From: Dehalococcoidia bacterium
GTDB lineage: Bacteria > Chloroflexota > Dehalococcoidia > Plut-88900
Assembly (NCBI GenBank): GCA_965249275.1
Contig: CBDFLQ010000005.1
Coordinates: 256,001-320,000, forward strand
Direction: 5' to 3'
Length of the DNA stretch: 64,000 nucleotides
How positions within the stretch are numbered: position 1 is the first letter of the stretch; every line of letters begins with the position of its first letter. Position numbers and translations under genes: made by a program. The notes beneath the pieces are model-generated. The model did no database searches, had not been told where the DNA came from, and was given only the letters and a program-made list of their open reading frames with translations. Positions 1 to 9,878 of the stretch are shown here, one piece after another.

Positions 1-198
1 GCGCCGGACGCACGGATAACTATGGACGCGGAGCGGCTGCACCAGGTGGTCTATGGTCGGGGGAACATGGCAAAGATGTTCCTTTCGGGGCAGATCAAGC
101 TGAAGGGTGTGCCGATGTACAAACTGATGAGGTTCGTTCCCTTGCTGGGGCCTTTTCTGGACAGCTACCGGGAGGCGTGCGAGGAGGCATCCAGGTAA
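1..198 (+). CDS. C-terminal fragment, probable SCP2 sterol-binding domain protein
   Basis: Open frame 1 to TAA at 196-198: APDARITMDAERLHQVVYGRGNMAKMFLSGQIKLKG..., which resembles the SCP2 'mF.sG.ik..G' motif; truncated by the window edge. Confidence 0.5.
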   Translation, partial: APDARITMDAERLHQVVYGRGNMAKMFLSGQIKLKGVPMYKLMRFVPLLGPFLDSYREACEEASR

Positions 199-287
199 TG
201 TTAATCTAGCCGCACCCTGTGGACAGTCAACGAGGGCAGGCCATATAATGAGCCATCCTCATCGGTGACGGCGGTGCCCCAACTACA

Positions 288-1181
288 ATGACAGAAGCCT
301 CTACTAAACACGTCTCGACTTCCAGCACCCCTGCCAAAGCATCCGTGGCCGATGACCACCACGAGATCCCCCGACTCACCGTCGGGGAGATGGGCAGCCT
401 GACCCAGACCATCCGCCGCCACATCGTTCGTATGACCGCGGCTGCGGGAAGCGGCCACCCCGGCGGCTCTCTATCGTCGGTCGAAATACTGACAAGCCTC
501 TATTTCAAAGTTCTGCGGCACGATCCTCGGGACCCGGACTGGCCGGGACGCGACAGATTCATCCTGAGCAAGGGCCACTGCACCCCGGTCCTCTATTCCA
601 CACTGGCTGAAGCGGGATACTTCCCCGTAGAGGAACTGGCGACCTTCCGGCAGGTGGACAGCCGACTGCATGGCCATTGCCACAACACCACGCCGGGCGT
701 CGAGCAGTGCTCGGGGTCCCTGGGGCAAGGGCTCTCAGTAGGGGTGGGGATAGCGTTGGCTGGACGGCTGGACAACAGCCCGCACAACGTCTACGTGCTA
801 CTAGGGGATGGGGAATGTGACGAGGGACAGATATGGGAAGCGGCCATGGCTGCCTCGCACTTCGGGCTGGACAACATTACGGTCATAGTAGACCGGAACG
901 GCATCCAGAACGACCGGTGGACTCACGAGGTCATGAACCTGGAGCCCTTGTCCGACAAATGGCGGGCATTCGGTTGGGACGTGCATGAGGTTAACGGACA
1001 CGATCTTGGCCAGATGATGGAGGCCTTAAGCAACGCTTCGCAAAGGGACGGGCAACGGCACGCCATCATAGCTGCTACGGTGAAGGGTAAGGGCGTCAGC
1101 TTCATGGAGAACAACCCCGCCTTCCACGGTAAATCTCCCAACCCTGACGAGCTGCGGCTCGCGCTTGAGGAGCTGGCCTGA
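288..1181 (+). CDS. Transketolase, N-terminal subunit
   Basis: SGHPGGSLS, DRFILSKGH, GSLGQG and the TPP motif GDGECDEG. Confidence 0.93.
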   Translation: MTEASTKHVSTSSTPAKASVADDHHEIPRLTVGEMGSLTQTIRRHIVRMTAAAGSGHPGGSLSSVEILTSLYFKVLRHDPRDPDWPGRDRFILSKGHCTPVLYSTLAEAGYFPVEELATFRQVDSRLHGHCHNTTPGVEQCSGSLGQGLSVGVGIALAGRLDNSPHNVYVLLGDGECDEGQIWEAAMAASHFGLDNITVIVDRNGIQNDRWTHEVMNLEPLSDKWRAFGWDVHEVNGHDLGQMMEALSNASQRDGQRHAIIAATVKGKGVSFMENNPAFHGKSPNPDELRLALEELA

Positions 1182-1185
1182 CACC

Positions 1186-2133
1186 TTGGTTACGAAAGTC
1201 GCCACCCGGGAAGCATTTGGCAAGACCTTAGTCGAACTGGGGCATGGCAACCCAAATATAGTCGTCATCGGCGGGGACCTGAACAAGTCCACCATGACCA
1301 CTCTCTTCGCTAAGGAGTTCCCGGACAGGTTCTTCGACTGCGGGGCGGCAGAGCAGAACATGATGGGGATCGCCTCGGGGCTGGCGGCTTCCGGGAAAAT
1401 CCCGTTTGCGAGCACCTTCGCTGTGTTTGGCTCGGGGCGGCCTTTCGACCAGATTAGGATATCGATAGCCCAGGCGCGGGCCAATGTGAAGATAGTAGTG
1501 ACTCACGCCGGGATTATCACGGGCCCAGACGGTATGTCGGCGCACGGGATTGAGGATTTAGCCCTGATGTGTTCCCTGGTGGGGTTCACGGTGGTCGTGC
1601 CCGCCGATGCGGCGGAGACAGTGCAGGCGGTGCGAGCCATGGCCGATATGGACGGGCCCTGCTACCTGCGGCTCAGTCGCCCTGCGACGCCCATAGTCTG
1701 CCCGGAAGACTACCAGTTCCAAATCGGCAAGGCGACGGTATTCAGGCCGGGGAACGACGTCACCATCATGGCCACGGGCATAATGGTGGCAATGGCCCTG
1801 GAAGCTGCAGAGAACTTGGCCCGGGAATCCATCAAGGCCCGAGTACTTAACGTGTCGACGCTCAAGCCGTTTGATTTGGAGACGGTGGTGCAGTGTGCTC
1901 GGGAGACGGGGGCGGTTGTGACGGCGGAAGAGCACCTGAGGCACGGGGGTCTGGGAAGTATTGTGGCCGAGGCGTTGGGGGAGCACTGCCCCGTGCCCAT
2001 GTCCGTTGTGGCAATCGACGATGTCTACAGCCCTTCCGGGGAGGCAGAGGAGCTATTGAAAATGCGGGGCCTTACCCCCGAACGGATAGCTGACGCGGCC
2101 AAAAGCGTAGTTACAAGAAGGAAATCGCTCTAG
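1186..2133 (+). CDS. Transketolase, C-terminal subunit
   Basis: ATREAFG, AEQNM, DGMSAH, TAEEH motifs; TTG start at 1186 inferred, just after the upstream stop. Confidence 0.92.
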   Translation: MVTKVATREAFGKTLVELGHGNPNIVVIGGDLNKSTMTTLFAKEFPDRFFDCGAAEQNMMGIASGLAASGKIPFASTFAVFGSGRPFDQIRISIAQARANVKIVVTHAGIITGPDGMSAHGIEDLALMCSLVGFTVVVPADAAETVQAVRAMADMDGPCYLRLSRPATPIVCPEDYQFQIGKATVFRPGNDVTIMATGIMVAMALEAAENLARESIKARVLNVSTLKPFDLETVVQCARETGAVVTAEEHLRHGGLGSIVAEALGEHCPVPMSVVAIDDVYSPSGEAEELLKMRGLTPERIADAAKSVVTRRKSL

Positions 2134-2308
2134 CTAAACAATAATCTTGGAAAAGAACAACTCAGGGAATGTGGGGACGCAGTGTAGGGTAGATGATGCT
2201 TCATGTTGGGAGAGGAGGGCAGTGTATGGAAGTCTATCGGCCAGAGGGGAGTAAGTAGGGACCGTGAGCACGGGAGACTGGCTTACGGTCAGATGGGGAG
2301 GGAGTCGA

Positions 2309-3652
2309 ATGAGAAATGAAGCAAAGAGAACAGTCCGAAAGGTAAAGGTACGAAGGACTGCCCTGGGTTTTCTGACCATCCTGCTGGTCTTGGTTTTGGC
2401 AGTTGCGGGCTGTGGCGAGGCGGCAACTGCTACGCCCGAGCCCGCTGTGCCAACGGCGGCGCCCCAACCCACTGCAACGACACCACCCTCCGAGCCGGCG
2501 ACTGCCGAGCCCGACGAGCCAGAGACAGCAATTAGACCTTTGTCCGAATGGACCGTGGAGAACCCCGCCACCCTGGAGGAGATAGAGGCGGAACTGGAGA
2601 AGCACAGGGGTGAGACCCTCTCGTTCATATCCGAAGGCGGTGCATTTCAGGCAGCCATAAGACGGGCATGGTTGGACCCTATGCGGGAGAAATTCGGGCT
2701 GGAGATAGTTGAGGAAAGCCCGGGGCCAGGCATAGCCAGAGTTCGAACCCAAGCCGAAACCGGAAACATTTCGTGGGACATAATAGACTTGGGTACCGAC
2801 CAAGTAGCTGCCCTGCTAAAAACAGATAGCCTGGGCGAATACGATCCTGCAATTGTAGACGCCAGGGACCTCCTGGACATTGTTACGGCGCCAGGGCCAT
2901 ACATCGCCGGAGGGGGCATCACATGGTCCACTATTCTTGCCTACAACACAGATGTCTACCCGGGAGATACCGGCCCTAAGAACTGGGCTGACTTCTTCGA
3001 TCTGGAGAATTTCCCAGGCCGTCGCTCCCTACGGAACGAGGTCTCCTACGGGGGACAAATTCAAATCCAAAGATTGGCCCGCAATCCCGAATTGCTGAAC
3101 ACTCCGGAAGGAAAGCGTGAAGTTGCCACGCCCTCTCGGGAGCAGATGGAAGAAGACTTCGCCTGGTTTAAAGAGTGGACCAAAGAAGCAGGCAACGATG
3201 TCATATATTGGGACACGGGCTCCCAATGCCCGGAGTTTCTGATATCGGGTGAAGTCGACATGTGCACCGCCTGGAACGGCAGGATATTTGATGCCCAACA
3301 GACGGGAGCACCACTGAGGATCTGCTGGGAGTGCGGATTCATGACGGGCACAGGCGGATGGACTATAGCGAAGGGCCTAAAGGAGCAAGACCCGGTAAGG
3401 TACGAATTGGCAAATCTCGTGGTTGCCTGGGCGACCTTTCCGCAGAACAACGTGAGGATGGCCCAGTTCATCACTTACGGTCCCATTAACAAGAAATCAT
3501 TCGTGTACATGGATGCCCCGGAGTACGACGCCGTACGGGATGAGCTGCCTACATCGGGGGCAAACATCCCTTATTCTATTCTGTGGGACGAAATCTGGCT
3601 TGGGGAAAACCTGGACTGGGCCAACGAGCAGTACATAACAGCAACCCAGTAA
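2309..3652 (+). CDS. ABC transporter substrate-binding lipoprotein (PotD/PotF-like)
   Basis: Signal peptide with lipobox VAGC, P/T/A-rich linker, GPKNWADFFDLENFPGRRSL, AWNGR. Confidence 0.8.
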   Translation: MRNEAKRTVRKVKVRRTALGFLTILLVLVLAVAGCGEAATATPEPAVPTAAPQPTATTPPSEPATAEPDEPETAIRPLSEWTVENPATLEEIEAELEKHRGETLSFISEGGAFQAAIRRAWLDPMREKFGLEIVEESPGPGIARVRTQAETGNISWDIIDLGTDQVAALLKTDSLGEYDPAIVDARDLLDIVTAPGPYIAGGGITWSTILAYNTDVYPGDTGPKNWADFFDLENFPGRRSLRNEVSYGGQIQIQRLARNPELLNTPEGKREVATPSREQMEEDFAWFKEWTKEAGNDVIYWDTGSQCPEFLISGEVDMCTAWNGRIFDAQQTGAPLRICWECGFMTGTGGWTIAKGLKEQDPVRYELANLVVAWATFPQNNVRMAQFITYGPINKKSFVYMDAPEYDAVRDELPTSGANIPYSILWDEIWLGENLDWANEQYITATQ

Positions 3653-3711
3653 CAGTTCTTGAGCCGGAGGTTGAGGCCTGCGGCTTCTCGTAGCGGCCTA
3701 CTCTTGATCGA

Positions 3712-3747
3712 GAGGCCCCGGAACTGAATATTCAGTTCCGGGGCCTC
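3712..3747. repeat. Perfect 36-bp palindrome (possible terminator or repeat relic)
   Basis: GAGGCCCCGGAACTGAAT|ATTCAGTTCCGGGGCCTC. Confidence 0.8.
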
Positions 3748-3859
3748 ACCTTGTCCTTCAGTTAAAGCCTTGGCCGACAGTGCCATGACATTGCTATCGT
3801 ATGACGCATTTGACAAGCCTCGTCTGCGGATAGTAACGTGGAAAGCACAAAGAAATAGA

Positions 3860-4212
3860 CCACAAAGACAGTGAACGGGAATAGTAAGCCTCAAGCGGGG
3901 GCCAGAGAGTCGGGTTAGGTGTGAGCCGACCCCAGTGCAGAGGTTGAATGGGCCCGGGAGTCGCCAACCGAAACCCCGGTGTGAACCAGGAAAGTAGGCT
4001 TGGCCGGAGAGGGCACCGTTATCAGGGCCCAGGGTATCTCGTCGGGAGGCATCAGCGCCTTCCGGTGGACGTACCTGATCGAGATGTAGTCGGCTGACAA
4101 CCCCAAACGCCCCTTCTGCCGGGAGGATGGGTGAGTCAAACGGGTTGGGGCCGATCAAATTAGGGTGGCACCGCGAGAAACCCCCTCGCCCCTAAGGGCG
4201 AAGGGGTTTTTT
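3860..4212 (+). promoter_or_regulatory. T-box riboswitch, Trp specifier
   Basis: Stem I AGTA, AGAGAG and GGTG motifs; specifier GAA-TGG (TGG at 3949-3951); CCGTTATC stem IIA/B; T-box GGTGGCACCGCG at 4164-4175; lies directly upstream of trpE. Confidence 0.92.
4178..4212 (+). terminator. T-box intrinsic terminator
   Basis: AAACCCCCTCGCCC-CTAA-GGGCGAAGGGGTTTTTT hairpin with U tract. Confidence 0.85.
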
Positions 4213-4232
4213 ATGTCCGAGAGGATTGTGCC

Positions 4233-5705
4233 ATGACGAGCATAGCAATAAGCAGATACACGCCAGACCTGGCTACCCTGGAAGGGCTTTCCAGCCAGGG
4301 AAACCTTGTCCCTGTATACAGGGAGATAGACGCCGATCTGGAGACTCCGGTCTCCGCCTACCTGAAAGTCGCCAGGGGGGACTATTCCTTCCTATTGGAA
4401 AGCGTAGAGGGTGGGGAAAGGCTAGCGCGGTACAGTTTCATCGGGACGGAGCCCTACAAGCGGGTTGTTACCGGGCCGGGCCAGACCGACGGAGACGTGG
4501 ACCCTTTGAAGCTTGTCCAGGAAGAGATCGAGAGATCGTCGGTTGTAAGCGTACCGGGCCTGCCTCGGTTCCACGGTGGGGCTGTCGGGTACCTGAGCTA
4601 CGAGGCGATGCATCACTATGAGGATGTACCGTCGCCGGAAGTCGACACCCTGGGCCTGCCCGAGGCGCTCTTCATGTTCGCCGACACTCTGCTAGTCTTC
4701 GACCATGTAAAGCACAGCATCAAGGTCGTTTCCCATGTCCGGCTGGACGGCGGGGATACATCGTCGGCCTACCAGCAGGCCGTAGACAAGATAGACAAGT
4801 TGGTGGAGAGGCTTCGGCAACCCATAGAGCCTGCCCTGGCCGCTCTTCGGGGTGGGCCCTCGACCTCCTACCCAACCGAATCCAACCTGACCCAGGAGCA
4901 GCACGAAGCGAATGTAAGTGCAGCCAAGGATTACATCCGGGCCGGGGACATCATCCAGGCCGTCCTGTCGCAGAGGTTCTCCCGCAAGACCGACGTCCAC
5001 CCGTTCAACATCTACCGAACCCTCAGGACGGTGAACCCGTCTCCCTACATGTTCTACTTGAACATGGGCAGTTTCCAGCTGGTTGGGGCCTCGCCGGAGG
5101 TACTGGTGCGGGAGGAGGAAGGGCAACTGGACTACCGTCCCCTCGCTGGGACCAGGCCCCGGGGGAAGGACGACGAGGAGGACCTGGCCTTGGAGCGGGA
5201 CATGACGAACGACGAAAAGGACCGGGCCGAGCACATAATGCTCCTGGACCTGGGTCGGAACGACATTGGGCGGGTGAGCATACCGGGCACCGTGCAGGTA
5301 ACCGAGCTCATGGAAGTAGAACGGTACTCCCACGTCATGCACCTTGTATCCCACGTCCAGGGACGGCTGAGGCCCGACATATCCCCCTACGATGCTGTCT
5401 GGTCATGCTTCCCCGCTGGCACCGTTTCCGGTGCGCCCAAGCTCCGGGCTATGGAGATCATCGCCGAGCTGGAACCTGACAAGAGGGGCCCCTATGCCGG
5501 GTCTGTTGGGTACTTCAGTTTTTCGGGCAACATGGACACATGCATAACCCTCAGGACGATAGTGTTCAGCAACGGCGTGGCCCACTTCCAGTCCGGGAGC
5601 GGCATTGTTGCCGACAGCGTGCCCTATTCGGAGTACATGGAGACGGTCCACAAGTCCATGGCCATCAGGAGGGCAATCGATGAGGCTGAGGCCAGGTCGT
5701 GGTAG
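4233..5705 (+). CDS. trpE: Anthranilate synthase component I
   Basis: FLLESVEGG, NPSPYMF, AEHIMLLDLGRND, PAGTVSGAPK. Confidence 0.96.
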   Translation: MTSIAISRYTPDLATLEGLSSQGNLVPVYREIDADLETPVSAYLKVARGDYSFLLESVEGGERLARYSFIGTEPYKRVVTGPGQTDGDVDPLKLVQEEIERSSVVSVPGLPRFHGGAVGYLSYEAMHHYEDVPSPEVDTLGLPEALFMFADTLLVFDHVKHSIKVVSHVRLDGGDTSSAYQQAVDKIDKLVERLRQPIEPALAALRGGPSTSYPTESNLTQEQHEANVSAAKDYIRAGDIIQAVLSQRFSRKTDVHPFNIYRTLRTVNPSPYMFYLNMGSFQLVGASPEVLVREEEGQLDYRPLAGTRPRGKDDEEDLALERDMTNDEKDRAEHIMLLDLGRNDIGRVSIPGTVQVTELMEVERYSHVMHLVSHVQGRLRPDISPYDAVWSCFPAGTVSGAPKLRAMEIIAELEPDKRGPYAGSVGYFSFSGNMDTCITLRTIVFSNGVAHFQSGSGIVADSVPYSEYMETVHKSMAIRRAIDEAEARSW

Positions 5706-5736
5706 TATTTGACCGGTCATTAGGAGTACGCCGCAT

Positions 5737-6498
5737 ATGAAACTCGAGGGTAGAGCAGCGATAGTCACCGGAGGCAACCGGGGCATAGGCAGAGCCATTG
5801 CACTGGAGTTTGCCCGGCAGGGCGCCGACGTGGCGTTTAACTACCGGGGCGATGAGGCATCGGCGAAGGCTACTGCGTCGGAGATCGAGGCGTTGGGACG
5901 CAAGACCTTGGCTCGGCAGACCGATGTTACCGACAACGCTGCCGTCGAAAGCATGGTGGCAGAGGCCATCGACCTGTTCGGTGCTGTGGACATTCTGGTG
6001 TGCAATGCAGGGGTGGCGTCTCGAGGGAGCCACTTGGGAGAGACCGAGGCCCGCGAGATGCGTCGGTTGCTGGACGTGCACCTGTTCGGCGCTCTTCACT
6101 TCGCAAGGGCTCTGCTACCGTACATGAGGGACCAGGAGCGAAGCGACGTCCATTTCATTTCATCCACGTCACCCTTCAGGAGCGAGGCGGGGCACGGGCC
6201 CTATGCGACGGCCAAAGCGTGCGTGGAATCCCTGGCGATGACCATGGCGAAGGATGAACGTCAGCACGGGGTGCGGGTCAACGTGATTGCCCCGGGCCTG
6301 GTAGAGACGGAGATGGGCAAGCGGCTTGTAAAGGCCACCCAGGGAGTCGATGACATAAAAGATATTTACCCGGAATATCCGTTCGGGAGGGTGTGCCAGC
6401 CGGAGGATATAGCCAAGCTGTCGGTGTTCTTGGCGTCGGAAGACGGGGGCTATGTCTCGGGGCACGTGATCCACCTGGACGGAGGAATGTCCCGCTAA
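5737..6498 (+). CDS. Short-chain dehydrogenase/reductase (SDR 1 of 5)
   Basis: TGGNRGIG, CNAG, YATAK. Confidence 0.92.
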   Translation: MKLEGRAAIVTGGNRGIGRAIALEFARQGADVAFNYRGDEASAKATASEIEALGRKTLARQTDVTDNAAVESMVAEAIDLFGAVDILVCNAGVASRGSHLGETEAREMRRLLDVHLFGALHFARALLPYMRDQERSDVHFISSTSPFRSEAGHGPYATAKACVESLAMTMAKDERQHGVRVNVIAPGLVETEMGKRLVKATQGVDDIKDIYPEYPFGRVCQPEDIAKLSVFLASEDGGYVSGHVIHLDGGMSR

Positions 6499-6522
6499 AA
6501 GAAGACTAAGAGGAGACAGACT

Positions 6523-7329
6523 ATGGAACTAGAGGGAAGGGTTGCGCTGATAACGGGGGCGTCTCGGGGCATAGGGCAGGGGATCGCCAAATCCATGGCC
6601 GAGGCCGGGGCCAACATAGTAGTCAACTACCAGCGAAACAAGGCAGGAGCGGAGCAGACTGCCAGCGACGTCGAAGCGCTGGGCGCCAAGGCGCTCGTGT
6701 ATCAGGCCAACGTAAAAAACCTCAATGAGGTGCGGGCGATGGTGGACAAGAGCGTAGAGACCTTCGGCACGGTGGACATTCTGATCAACAATGCGGGCCA
6801 GCACTATTCGAAGTCGGTCATTGCGGATGATGCTTTAGACGTGTTCCACGACGTAGTCGGGACGCACATTAACGGGTCTTTCTACTGCACCCAGGCGGTG
6901 CTGCCTCACATGATGAAGAAGAAGAGGGGAGACATCCACTTCATCAGCTCTCTGGCCACCAAGCAGCTGTGGGCGGACGAGTGGGCTTACGCCAGCGCAA
7001 AGGCCTGGATGAACACTTTCGTGATGACCAGCGCCAAGGAACTCAGCTTGCACGGGATCCGGGTCAACGCCATTGCGCCCACCATCGTGGAGTCGGATAT
7101 GGGCCTGAAACTGGTCATGGACTGGGCACAGACGGACGACCCGCGGAACCTGGACGGCATAGTACCATTCGACCGGTTGATCCAGCCCCACGACGTGGGG
7201 AACATGTGCACATGGCTATGCAGCGACAAGGCCAGCCATGTCTCCGGTCAGGTGATCTACCTGGACTGCGGCATCGGGCCGGCTTCGCTCCGGGACTTCG
7301 TCACTCCTGAGGCTCGGGCGCAGAGATAG
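6523..7329 (+). CDS. SDR 2 of 5
   Basis: TGASRGIG, NNAG, YASAK. Confidence 0.92.
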   Translation: MELEGRVALITGASRGIGQGIAKSMAEAGANIVVNYQRNKAGAEQTASDVEALGAKALVYQANVKNLNEVRAMVDKSVETFGTVDILINNAGQHYSKSVIADDALDVFHDVVGTHINGSFYCTQAVLPHMMKKKRGDIHFISSLATKQLWADEWAYASAKAWMNTFVMTSAKELSLHGIRVNAIAPTIVESDMGLKLVMDWAQTDDPRNLDGIVPFDRLIQPHDVGNMCTWLCSDKASHVSGQVIYLDCGIGPASLRDFVTPEARAQR

Positions 7330-7366
7330 GATATGTCAGTAGGAGAATTGTTGCTCGATACCGCAT

Positions 7367-7407
7367 CCCCGCCCCAGATTCCTCGCGGGGCCTCGGAATG
7401 ACAGTTA
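7367..7407. repeat. Palindromic REP-like repeat, family A
   Basis: CCCAGATTCCTCGCGGGGCCTCGGAATGAC, recurring at about 16131, 16337, 25684, 26488, 33216 and 33432. Confidence 0.85.
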
Positions 7408-8222
7408 ATGAAAGCTCGCTGGAGGGCCGGGTCGCGCTTGTCACCGGCGGGTCCAGGGGAATCGGCAGGGCCATAGCTTTGGCTATGGCCAAGGCCGGCG
7501 CCGACGTGATGGTCAATTATGTCAGCGATGAAGAGTCGGCCAGCAAAACGGCGGACGAGATAAGGACGCTGGGCAGAAAGGCTATGACCTTCCAGGCTGA
7601 CGTGGCGGATGCTGATGCCGTCAAGGCGATGGCAGGGGAAGCGGTGGAGGGGTTGGGCAAGGTCGACATCCTGGTATGCAACGCGGGCATCATACGTCGG
7701 GACAGCCACGTCTACGAAGCCGACCTTGAGGAGTTCCGAGAGGTTATAGAAAACCACATTATGGGCGCGTTTAACTGCGTCCAGGCCGTATTGCCGAACA
7801 TGCGGCAGCAGCCTCGGGGGGACATTCAGCTTATCTCTTCGACAAACGTACGGATGCTGCCCCTGGGCCTGACCTCCTACAACGTCGCCAAGGCAGGTGT
7901 AGAAGTGATGGGTCGGGTTCTTTCCAAGGAGGAGAGGGAGCACGGGATCAGGGTGAACGTTATCGGTCCGACGACCACCGAGACGGACATGGCATCGGGA
8001 CTGCTGCAAAGATACGGCTTCTCCAGCTTCCGCGAGGTAGATCCGTACATGCCCTTCGGTCGTATGGCCCAGCCTAGCGACACGGCCAACTTGTGCGCCT
8101 TCCTCGCCTCAGAGGCCGGAGGACATATCTCCGGGCAGATCATCTATGTAGACGCATCGCAGGACAGAAAGCCGACGCAGGAGTTCTTTTCGTCGGCGGC
8201 GGGACAGAGGAGTGGGATATGA
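7398..8222 (+). CDS. SDR 3 of 5
   Basis: TGGSRGIG, CNAG, YNVAK; the ATG lies inside the repeat. Confidence 0.9.
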   Translation: MTVNESSLEGRVALVTGGSRGIGRAIALAMAKAGADVMVNYVSDEESASKTADEIRTLGRKAMTFQADVADADAVKAMAGEAVEGLGKVDILVCNAGIIRRDSHVYEADLEEFREVIENHIMGAFNCVQAVLPNMRQQPRGDIQLISSTNVRMLPLGLTSYNVAKAGVEVMGRVLSKEEREHGIRVNVIGPTTTETDMASGLLQRYGFSSFREVDPYMPFGRMAQPSDTANLCAFLASEAGGHISGQIIYVDASQDRKPTQEFFSSAAGQRSGI

Positions 8223-9025
8223 GAGTTGAAGGGCGGGTTGCGCTCGTTACAGGAGCATCCCGAGGAATCGGGGCGGGGATAGCGAGGTGCATGGCGCAGG
8301 AAGGCGCAGCGGTAGTGGTGAACTACGTGCAGTCGGAGGCGCTGGCGAATCAGGTGGTGAAGGAAATCCGGGACGGCGGCGGGAGCGCTATCGCAATTCA
8401 AGCCGACGTTGGGAACTATGCACAGGTGAAGTCGATGGTGGAGCGCTCGATTGCCGAGTTCGGCAAGGTGGACATACTGGTTAACAATGCCGGCATAGCG
8501 GGGCCGTCGGTTCCGATGGCCGACGTAACGCCTGAAGAGTTCGAGGAGGTGGTGAGGAACCACCTGATCGGGTCTTTCAACTGCACCCAATGCCTGCTGC
8601 ATCACATGCGGGGCCTTGGGCGGGGAGACGTGATCTTCATCTCGTCACGGCAGACATCCTTCTATCCGCCAAACTCGTCGCCGTACAACGCGGCAAAGGG
8701 TGGAATGGACGGCTTGGCCCAAGGGTTGGCTAAGGAGGAGCGCTACAACGGGATCCGGGTGAACGTAGTTGCCCCGGGCCTGGTGCCGACGGACATCCTG
8801 ATGAAAGATTTAATGGCGACCACGGGCAAGGACAGCGTAGAGGAAGTTGACAAGGTTATGCCCTTCGGGCGGATGCTTCGGCCGGAGGACATTGGTAATT
8901 TGTGCACGTTCCTCGCCTCCGAACAGGGGAGCCACATTTCCGGGGAAGTGATCTACGTGCGAGGGGCAGTCGGGGGAGAGCCGCCGTCTTTCTACGTGAA
9001 CGGGCCGAAGCCTTATTACGCTTAA
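8219..9025 (+). CDS. SDR 4 of 5
   Basis: MRVEGRVALVTGASRGIG, NNAG, YNAAK; ATGA overlap with SDR3. Confidence 0.92.
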   Translation: MRVEGRVALVTGASRGIGAGIARCMAQEGAAVVVNYVQSEALANQVVKEIRDGGGSAIAIQADVGNYAQVKSMVERSIAEFGKVDILVNNAGIAGPSVPMADVTPEEFEEVVRNHLIGSFNCTQCLLHHMRGLGRGDVIFISSRQTSFYPPNSSPYNAAKGGMDGLAQGLAKEERYNGIRVNVVAPGLVPTDILMKDLMATTGKDSVEEVDKVMPFGRMLRPEDIGNLCTFLASEQGSHISGEVIYVRGAVGGEPPSFYVNGPKPYYA

Positions 9026-9073
9026 TAGGCCACCCAAGTCTTTAGGTACACGAGTACAGAATAAAGAGGACAC

Positions 9074-9871
9074 ATGAGACTGGAAGGAAGAGTTGCAATA
9101 GTCAGCGGCGGATCCAGGGGCATTGGGACGGGGATAGCGAAGTGCATGGCCCGGGAAGGGGCGTCGGTGGTGGTGAACTACTTCAAGTCCGAGGGGCCAG
9201 CGCATGACGTGGTGCGGAACATCGAGGCGGTTGGCGGGACCGCTGTGGCAATAAAAGCGGACGTGGGGGATTACGGCGAGGTGGAGTCCATGGTGGAGGA
9301 GACGGTCTCCAAGTTCGGGAAACTCGACATCATGGTAGCGAATGCCGGGACCAAGGGGCACGGGAAGGCGCTCATAGAGCTTACCCACGACGAATTCGCT
9401 TACACGATCCGGAACCACCTGATGGGGGCCTTCAATTGCTCCCGGGCGGCCCTTCCCCACCTTAGGAATGGCGTGAGGGGAGACCTAATACTCATCTCCT
9501 CCCGAAGCACGGACATGCTGATGGCCAACGACTCTGACTACAACGCAGCCAAGGCGGCTATCGACGCCCTAGCCAAGGGAGTGGCCAAGGAAGAGCGCTA
9601 TCACGGGGTGCGGGTGAACGCGGTTAACCCTGGGCTCGTGCCTACGGACATGGCCTGGGGAGGCATTTCCCGGACCACGGGAATGGACACGTTCGAGGAA
9701 GTGGACAAGGGGATGCCGCTGGGGAGGATGGTCAGAGCGGAGGATATAGGGAATCTGTGCGTCTTCCTGGCATCGGAGGAGGGGAGTCACATATCGGGCG
9801 AGGTTATATACGTGCGGGCGGCGGTCGGGGCGGAGCTTCCGCCCAACTATCTGCCGAGTTCGGAGGCTTAG
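9074..9871 (+). CDS. SDR 5 of 5
   Basis: SGGSRGIG, ANAG, YNAAK; closest in sequence to SDR4. Confidence 0.92.
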   Translation: MRLEGRVAIVSGGSRGIGTGIAKCMAREGASVVVNYFKSEGPAHDVVRNIEAVGGTAVAIKADVGDYGEVESMVEETVSKFGKLDIMVANAGTKGHGKALIELTHDEFAYTIRNHLMGAFNCSRAALPHLRNGVRGDLILISSRSTDMLMANDSDYNAAKAAIDALAKGVAKEERYHGVRVNAVNPGLVPTDMAWGGISRTTGMDTFEEVDKGMPLGRMVRAEDIGNLCVFLASEEGSHISGEVIYVRAAVGAELPPNYLPSSEA

Positions 9872-9878
9872 CCAGGCA

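Noticed and set aside
288-2133. Split transketolase as a frameshifted pseudogene
   Set aside because: Two-subunit transketolases are a known normal arrangement, and both halves are intact.
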